A stretch of 64,000 nt of DNA from the sequence record PZ445440.1. One strand, written 5' to 3'. Origin of the DNA: a phage. Positions 57,654-64,000 of this stretch are shown here, piece by piece. How positions within the stretch are numbered: the stretch's first letter is position 1; every line of letters starts with the position of its first letter. The translations under genes and the position numbers were made by a program. A model generated the notes under the pieces. The model saw nothing but the letters and a program-made list of their open reading frames with translations, was not told the origin of the DNA and ran no database searches.

Positions 57654-59096
57654 TTAAAATTTTAACTCATTGGCTAAGCTATCTAGGTCAGCACGTGTTG
57701 CTTTGGCTTTACCTACGCGTTCCGTACGATTCACCTCTGCCTGACGCATCTGAGCACCTGCGTTTTCATTTACTGTGTTAGGTGTGTTCATGCCTTCTTG
57801 CTCAATCTCAATCCATTTCTGGTTGCCTTTACGTACACCCATCAGGAATTTATTCCACTTATTCTTATCACCATATCGTGATTTGATTTGTTTGATAAGT
57901 TGTTGTTCAGCTTGTGCAAGTTCTTCGGTTTCAATTACAGCCAACATGAAATCTGCCGTTGCTGGTAAACCTGCTGATTCTGCGATATCACTCATGTTCA
58001 TGTCTGAAGCATCCCATGCTGCACGTCCTACTTGAGCTGCAGTCCATAGAACTGTTTCAGATTCTACTGCTAATGCACGAAGTTCTTCTGCGATAGCTTT
58101 AACTAATGTGTAGCTATTTTCAGTGTAAACTCTGATACGACAAGACCCGCAAATACCTAAGTAATCAACCATGATTACAGATGGCACAAAGTTCTTCTTA
58201 AGTTTTAACTCATTAAGCAATGCACGAAATGTATTAGCATTAGCTCCACCAGTAGGATACTGTTTAACTACTAAACGTCCTAATGTGGATTTTGAACGCC
58301 ATTTTTCCATCTTGGCTTTATATTCAGCATAAGATACGTTACCATCATCAATATCATCAAGTGATACGTCAAGCATGTTTGCATCTATACGCTTAGCACA
58401 AACTTCTTCAGCCATTTCCATGGAAATATAAAGAACATTATGACCTGTTTGAAGATAATCTGCAGCAAGTGAACAAAGGCCTAAAGATTTACCAACGTTA
58501 ACACCTGCCATTAAAACATTCAGTGTACCGGTTTCAGCACCACCTTTAGTGATTTTATTCAGAATGTTTAATTTGAACGGGACCTTACGTGCTTTGTTCA
58601 GATAAGAAAGCCAGCGTGCTTCATAGTCTTCCATCCAGTCATGCCCAACATAACTATCAAACGAAATTGAAAGTGCTTGACGCATAATATCAGGAATAGC
58701 TCCTACGTCAGGCATTTTCTTGTTACGTTGTTCTGGAGGTAGTTCAGCATTAGACTGAATCTCAATGATTTTGGATGTAGCATTATACATCGCTTTTTGC
58801 TGGACATATTTCTCAGTTTCTTTAACCAACCATTCGTGGTCTTCAGGAGTATCAGCCAATTTTTCAATTAGGTCTGAAGTTCCTTTATATTCGGCTTCAG
58901 TTAAAGAACTGTTATCTAAAGCCACCTTTAATGCATTGATAGATGGCATTGCATTATATTCGTTAACGTGGCTCTTTATAATTTTAAAGACATTTTTTGC
59001 CGGTCCACGCTCAAAATACTCAGAATCCATATAAGGCCAGACCTTAGAAAAATAAGCCTGGTCGTATACTAGATGAGACAAAATAATTTCTACCAC
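57654..59096 (-). CDS. 41: replicative DNA helicase gp41 (DnaB-like)
   Basis: 480 aa; Walker A GVNVGKS; RecA-like helicase core; synteny with 61. Confidence 0.9.
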   Translation of the reverse strand: MVEIILSHLVYDQAYFSKVWPYMDSEYFERGPAKNVFKIIKSHVNEYNAMPSINALKVALDNSSLTEAEYKGTSDLIEKLADTPEDHEWLVKETEKYVQQKAMYNATSKIIEIQSNAELPPEQRNKKMPDVGAIPDIMRQALSISFDSYVGHDWMEDYEARWLSYLNKARKVPFKLNILNKITKGGAETGTLNVLMAGVNVGKSLGLCSLAADYLQTGHNVLYISMEMAEEVCAKRIDANMLDVSLDDIDDGNVSYAEYKAKMEKWRSKSTLGRLVVKQYPTGGANANTFRALLNELKLKKNFVPSVIMVDYLGICGSCRIRVYTENSYTLVKAIAEELRALAVESETVLWTAAQVGRAAWDASDMNMSDIAESAGLPATADFMLAVIETEELAQAEQQLIKQIKSRYGDKNKWNKFLMGVRKGNQKWIEIEQEGMNTPNTVNENAGAQMRQAEVNRTERVGKAKATRADLDSLANELKF

Positions 59097-59105
59097 GATA
59101 ACTCC

Positions 59106-59468
59106 TTAAAAGAATTTAAATTTTTTCTTGGTCCGTTCATTAAAAGCTTGTTGTACTTGCATTGTAACACATTTTTCAACATGCGGTGCAAGTTCTGCTT
59201 TTCTGTCCTGGTCAAGAACTGCAAAGTCCATTACGATTTTACCATCAACCCAGTCTAGTTTTGTAATATAGACTATATGATGGGAACCGTCTTCAAGTGT
59301 AATCAGAATCTCTTGAATGACATTTTCCATTGCTGAACGGACAATTTTAAGAGATTCATTAAACACTCGTTCTTTGCGAATGTCTTCCCCTTCCGAAGAA
59401 GGGGATTCATCAACGATTTCTAGATTTAAATCATCGAGATTATTCATCGAAATCTTCCATTTCGTCAA
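59106..59468 (-). CDS. 40: gp40-like protein (by position and size)
   Basis: 120 aa between 41 and uvsX. Confidence 0.5.
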   Translation of the reverse strand: MTKWKISMNNLDDLNLEIVDESPSSEGEDIRKERVFNESLKIVRSAMENVIQEILITLEDGSHHIVYITKLDWVDGKIVMDFAVLDQDRKAELAPHVEKCVTMQVQQAFNERTKKKFKFF

Positions 59469-60612
59469 GGTCGTTTTCTATATCTGCTGCAGATGGAGCA
59501 TCAGAAGTTTTAACTGGAACCTTAGTTGTTGCTTTGCAATTAATAAGGTCGTTAACAGCGTCATCAACTTCTTTAATAGAAGAGATAGCACCTAGTTTAT
59601 ATTTGGTTTCAATTGCATCTCGGAAAGGTTTGTGTTTAAACAACGGTCCCCAGAATTCTACACAATCAGTAGCTTTAGCACGCCACGATTTCTCTTCACG
59701 AATCATTTCACCTGTTTCTTCGTCAAGGAATTCACGAGCATACCAACCAGCTTTAGGCTTAACTACAAAACCAATTTCAGTTGCCATTTCTAACAAGCCA
59801 CTGAATGGATCAATACCGCCATCAAAATTAACCGTGATTGGGAAAGTAGATTTCTCTTTAACTGTACGAGATTTTTCTGCTTTCAACGTGAAGTCATAAC
59901 CGGTCAATTCTGTACCTTCTTTAACCTGACGTTTAGAGATAAAAAATACCGTGTTGGCAGAGTAAAGAATACCTGTACCACCACCCATAATCTCTTTAGG
60001 ATATAGTCCGCCGATTTCCATTGCTGTATGGTTGATTGCAACACACGGAATATCTTTAATAGTCAGATAAGGAGTCACAATGCGGAACAGAGATTTAAGT
60101 GCCTTAGCACGAGACATATCACCTACAACTTTTTCGTTCAACGCATCTTCGGTTTCTTTCTTAGATGCAGTATTACCGATTGAATCGATAAAGATAATAA
60201 CTTTATCACCGCGTTCAATAGCGTCAAGCTGATTAGTCATATCGACTTTAAGTTGTTCGACAGACTGAATTGGTGTATGAACTACGCGGTCTAAATCAAC
60301 ACCCATCGAACGGAAGTAAGATTCTGAAGCACCGAATTCTGAGTCATAAAACAAACAGATCGCATCTTTATATTTCTTCATATACGCTGCGACCATAGTT
60401 AGTCCAAACAATGTTTTAAAATGTTTAGAAGGTGCAGCAAAAATAGTCAAGCCTGATTGCAATCCTGCATTCAGAGCACCACCTAGTGCAATATTCAACA
60501 TCGGAATACGAGTAGGGACTTCATCACGATTATTAAACAGCTTAGACTTAGTCAAGTCTGCAGTCATTTTAGAAGTAGAAGCTTTAATCAGACGAGATTT
60601 TAAATCAGACAT
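59440..60612 (-). CDS. uvsX: UvsX recombinase (RecA-like)
   Basis: 390 aa; RecA fold Walker A-like (AAPSKHFKT), acidic C-terminus; T4 UvsX 391 aa. Confidence 0.9.
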   Translation of the reverse strand: MSDLKSRLIKASTSKMTADLTKSKLFNNRDEVPTRIPMLNIALGGALNAGLQSGLTIFAAPSKHFKTLFGLTMVAAYMKKYKDAICLFYDSEFGASESYFRSMGVDLDRVVHTPIQSVEQLKVDMTNQLDAIERGDKVIIFIDSIGNTASKKETEDALNEKVVGDMSRAKALKSLFRIVTPYLTIKDIPCVAINHTAMEIGGLYPKEIMGGGTGILYSANTVFFISKRQVKEGTELTGYDFTLKAEKSRTVKEKSTFPITVNFDGGIDPFSGLLEMATEIGFVVKPKAGWYAREFLDEETGEMIREEKSWRAKATDCVEFWGPLFKHKPFRDAIETKYKLGAISSIKEVDDAVNDLINCKATTKVPVKTSDAPSAADIENDLDEMEDFDE

Positions 60613-60710
60613 TGTATTTTTCCATAGGCATCATTATATTTTACTCATGTTTAAAAGATAAGATGATTATATACTAAGGGTTATACAGCATTTAAAACTT
60701 TAAATGGCTC

Positions 60711-61259
60711 TTAACGAGCCCATTTGATGATTTCTGTAATCAAATCATTACGTTCGCTTGCATTAAATCCTATAACTTTGTTAGCACCATCATGATTAAG
60801 TAATTGATACGTTTGGATTTTGTTATGAATTGCAAACTCTTCAAAATGTGAAATGACTGTATTAAAACCGAATGAAGACAAAGTAATAAGGTCGTCTTCA
60901 AAACTTTCAGTCATTTCGTTACGTGTTAAAATAATTGTGAACACATCATGGTTTTGGCAAAGACGAATATAATCCTGTTCATAAACGTCAAGAACCGAGT
61001 CCGCATCTTGTCGAATACGTCCATAAACCCAGTTACTAATATACCCACGGTCTAACAGATAAATCTTAGTAGGGTCTAAATAATTCAACATCGTTTCGAA
61101 ACAGCCAACTTCGTTTCGAGACTTAACATCGAAACGCCCATCAACTGTTCGTTTAGGGAAATCAATCTTTACATATCTTTCACTAATTTCCATTACGTCA
61201 TTAATGAAAGTTGTTTTACCAGCATTATCCGGGCCGTCTACTAAAATAATTTTAGCCAT
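60711..61259 (-). CDS. P-loop nucleotide/nucleoside kinase-like protein
   Basis: 182 aa; Walker A GPDNAGKTT and DRGY motif (LLDRGYISNW) typical of dNMP/thymidylate-kinase fold; no T4 counterpart recalled at this position. Confidence 0.55.
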   Translation of the reverse strand: MAKIILVDGPDNAGKTTFINDVMEISERYVKIDFPKRTVDGRFDVKSRNEVGCFETMLNYLDPTKIYLLDRGYISNWVYGRIRQDADSVLDVYEQDYIRLCQNHDVFTIILTRNEMTESFEDDLITLSSFGFNTVISHFEEFAIHNKIQTYQLLNHDGANKVIGFNASERNDLITEIIKWAR

Positions 61260-61260
61260 T

Positions 61261-62160
61261 TTATTCCTCGATTACGACATCTTCGTATTTAGGTATATTA
61301 TACGGTGAAGAAATTAAAGCATTAAAGTAGATGAACTCACCAAGACCTGGATGGAATACTTCTTCAGGATTTTCGAAATATTGAATCTTCGGACGTCCTT
61401 TAAGAATTTGATAGTACTCAGTTTTAGTTGGTTTAAAAATTCGAATCAGCGCTTCTTCAGGATACTTATTTCTGTCGAAGCTATTATTTGGATCGGTTAT
61501 ATAAAGCGGTTGACCTAATTGAATTGCACATTCAACCACTTGTTCAAAACGATAGCATGGGTCACTAATTCGAAATGGATGAAAAATACCATCTAGATGA
61601 ATAGGAGCCAAATCACCTACAAGACGCTGCATGATGGAAGGACGTATAACTTTCTGGGTTATGATAATCTTATTACCATCGGCACCTGCGTTAACCAGCA
61701 CTTCTTTTTGACGTTCATTCAACACAGTAGTTTGAAGTGAACGATTAACAGACAACATATCGGTTTTTAAGAATTCGTCAATATAAAAACGTGGTTTATT
61801 AGGGTCTGCAGTGATATTGAAATTGAATTCTACATCAAAAGCGCCGTCATATCCAGTGATATCTGTGATTAGAAAATCACAATCATAATAAGCAATTAAT
61901 GAATCAACCACAAATTCATTTTCAGACCAGAAATATTTACGAGTGTTATACGCGTTATCTTTATACCATAATGGAACAAACTTAAATTCTGGGAAAAGAC
62001 GTTCACATTCTTTAATATCAGATGCATTACGTGGATATGTAATCACATCACCCGGATTAGCACGGTGCAAATGAAGTTGGAAGTTGCCATCCTTAAGGAT
62101 AGCATACTGTCCAGTTTCATAAGACCGCATACTCAAGATAGGTACGCGGAAAATAGCCAT
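61261..62160 (-). CDS. hypothetical protein in the beta-gt slot (possible divergent DNA glycosyltransferase)
   Basis: 299 aa; occupies the uvsX-42 interval where T4 encodes beta-glucosyltransferase; weak motif resemblance only (YY...TDI; RFEQVVECAIQLGQPLYITD). Confidence 0.35.
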   Translation of the reverse strand: MAIFRVPILSMRSYETGQYAILKDGNFQLHLHRANPGDVITYPRNASDIKECERLFPEFKFVPLWYKDNAYNTRKYFWSENEFVVDSLIAYYDCDFLITDITGYDGAFDVEFNFNITADPNKPRFYIDEFLKTDMLSVNRSLQTTVLNERQKEVLVNAGADGNKIIITQKVIRPSIMQRLVGDLAPIHLDGIFHPFRISDPCYRFEQVVECAIQLGQPLYITDPNNSFDRNKYPEEALIRIFKPTKTEYYQILKGRPKIQYFENPEEVFHPGLGEFIYFNALISSPYNIPKYEDVVIEE

Positions 62161-62876
62161 TAGTCAAGGAATCCTTTAACATAATCAAAATCACGTTCAA
62201 ACACATGGGCACTTACCATGGTATGAGTATAATCACCAACTTCTACACCACATTCGTTAGCGATATAATGAAGTAATTTTCCTTGGAGATAAAAATCCAA
62301 CTGCATAACAACAGCACAGTTCTGAGAACGCATATGACAGTGGGTATAAAGCTTACCATCACGAATATAATAAGTCACTGAGTCAGTACATGGATATTCA
62401 AGCGTTTCGTCTGAATCAAGCAAAGCCTGATCAGAACTTTCTAGAATTTGGAACACAACTCTTCGAGAGTTAGGCTTCTCTTTAAGTTCTTTTAGAAGAG
62501 CTGGTAATTGGGCCGCAATGCGAGGACCGTAGAAAGTGTTGAAGTTCGCAGGCAAAGCATCTGATTTTGGTTTAGAAATAAATTTAGCGACATTAGGATA
62601 TGCCTTAAACGCTTCTTCTGCATCAGTACCACCAGAAATCATAAACTTCCAGAAGTCTTCGGCATATTCATAAGAGATGCGGTTAATACGTGGGTCGGTC
62701 ATTTTGAATGATGATGGAGTGTCAACAACTACTGTCATAGACCCAATTTCATTACAACGTCCAATACGAGAATCAGTTACGAATTCCGGGTTTTCTAAAA
62801 TTTCACGATTGACTGCTTTAAATGCGGTTTGAAAATCTGCGGCTTTGATATATTTCATTGTGTTATGTTTTCCCAT
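62160..62876 (-). CDS. 42: dCMP hydroxymethylase-like protein (ThyA superfamily), divergent
   Basis: 238 aa; ThyA-fold catalytic region (YPCTDS...YYIRD...HMRSQN...) and position upstream of uvsX; clearly divergent from recalled T4 gp42 sequence. Confidence 0.65.
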   Translation of the reverse strand: MGKHNTMKYIKAADFQTAFKAVNREILENPEFVTDSRIGRCNEIGSMTVVVDTPSSFKMTDPRINRISYEYAEDFWKFMISGGTDAEEAFKAYPNVAKFISKPKSDALPANFNTFYGPRIAAQLPALLKELKEKPNSRRVVFQILESSDQALLDSDETLEYPCTDSVTYYIRDGKLYTHCHMRSQNCAVVMQLDFYLQGKLLHYIANECGVEVGDYTHTMVSAHVFERDFDYVKGFLD

Positions 62877-62918
62877 GTTTACCTCAATACAATTTATTAT
62901 ATACTCGATTCGTAAAGC

Positions 62919-63158
62919 TTATTTGAATTTCTTGGCAGTGTTGATATACCGTAAAGCTTCAGCATCGATACTTCCAAGAACACTATGAAGAAATGCATCA
63001 GCGTAGTATTCTAATTGAACAGGTTCTTTAATCACTTTAGCCGCTTTGGTTTCAAACAGGCCCATCAGGGCCTTTTTAAGAATTTGTTCGTTGCTGTTAA
63101 TTTTAATAGTCAAAATCTCTTCATTAAGTTGGTGGTTAAAAGTTTTTCTAGAAATCAT
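62919..63158 (-). CDS. hypothetical protein (79 aa)
   Basis: ORF track; not hydrophobic, so not an Imm homologue. Confidence 0.45.
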   Translation of the reverse strand: MISRKTFNHQLNEEILTIKINSNEQILKKALMGLFETKAAKVIKEPVQLEYYADAFLHSVLGSIDAEALRYINTAKKFK

Positions 63159-63961
63159 TCCGGGTACCTCAAAGCGTCGTCAGAGTTAGTTATATCAATA
63201 ATAGATATAGAATTTTCTGATAACCCATTTTTAGATAACTGACGTTTATAATATCTTTCACAATATGTACACGTCGTCCCGCAGATTTCATTAGCACAAT
63301 CGAAATCTGGATGTCTGAACCACCTTTTTTCTAAAAAGCCATCTAACAAAGAGGTTTCAATATTTACTGTATGTGAAAACTCAGTTTCGTTTTCAAGAGT
63401 GAAAATAGTCTCTAAAGGCTTCCACAGTTCTAACAAATTACCTTCAAACTTTTCAGAAGCGTATGCTTCAAGAACTTTCAAAATGTAGTCTGTGCTACCT
63501 GTACGTCCTGAAACTTTGAATTGAGTGATACCAATATCATTATAAAGTTTCAAATCTTGGGGACGAACAAAACGAGTTCTCAACCAGTTAAATGGGTCTG
63601 TATCACGAGCTTTAATACAGTGCTGCATTGGATACCCGTTTAAGGATTTAGCATCATCAGCTGTAACATCAGTACTATGGAAAATATAGCAAGAGTCACG
63701 ATAGCTACAATGTGTTGTATACCCTTTACCAGCATTAGAACAGAACTCATTTACAAGAACTTCAAATATTATATTGTTCTTATTGCAAAACTCTGCTGCA
63801 CGCTTCAGGAAAGAAACTGAACGGTTCTTATGAATTCCACAGCAGACCTTTTTGATATTATATTGGTCATGCAAGTATTTGATTTGAGTTACAGCATCGA
63901 CATGTAGAATTGTTGAAACTTCAATCTCAATGTCTTTATTGACTTCACGAACAATTTCCAT
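63155..63961 (-). CDS. Cys-rich protein, possible metal/Fe-S binding (268 aa)
   Basis: 11 Cys including CC pair and C-terminal CxxxCxxC (CGTTCTYC); no T4 counterpart recalled between 42 and 43. Confidence 0.5.
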   Translation of the reverse strand: MEIVREVNKDIEIEVSTILHVDAVTQIKYLHDQYNIKKVCCGIHKNRSVSFLKRAAEFCNKNNIIFEVLVNEFCSNAGKGYTTHCSYRDSCYIFHSTDVTADDAKSLNGYPMQHCIKARDTDPFNWLRTRFVRPQDLKLYNDIGITQFKVSGRTGSTDYILKVLEAYASEKFEGNLLELWKPLETIFTLENETEFSHTVNIETSLLDGFLEKRWFRHPDFDCANEICGTTCTYCERYYKRQLSKNGLSENSISIIDITNSDDALRYPE

Positions 63962-64000
63962 AACAACAGGGTTAGCGATAGTAATACGCCATACGCCTAT

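Overview
This 64-kb window is a segment of a T4-like (Tevenvirinae) myovirus genome, essentially colinear with the T4 map. Calls rest on reading the ORF translations against recalled T4 protein sequences and gene order; no database search was run. Order (increasing coordinate): rIII-31-cd-pseT-spanins-alc-rnlA-denA-nrdB-nrdA-td-frd-32-59-33-dsbA-rnh on the minus strand; the long-tail-fibre operon 34-35-36-37-38 plus holin t on the plus strand; then asiA-arn-motA-52-ndd-denB-rIIB-rIIA-39-dexA-dda-srd-modA/B-soc-56-61-sp-dmd-41-40-uvsX-42 on the minus strand. Early genes carry recurring T4-type early promoters (GTTTACA-N17-TAnnnT) and UUCG-tetraloop terminator hairpins; late TATAAATA promoters precede 34, 36, t, soc and 32. 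Content that does not match T4, and is therefore the most interesting: (1) the gene-42 neighbourhood, where a P-loop kinase and a 299-aa protein replace beta-gt, the hydroxymethylase is divergent, and a Cys-rich protein replaces imm; (2) a GT-B-like glycosyltransferase between rIIA and gene 39; (3) an AroG-like DAHP synthase beside cd; (4) a T2-type fibre tip (gp37 with C-terminal chaperone domain plus glycine-rich gp38 adhesin). No tRNA, CRISPR, group I intron or homing-endonuclease gene was recognised. Coordinates of hand-derived features (promoters, hairpins, small ORFs absent from the track) are approximate to +/-2 nt.
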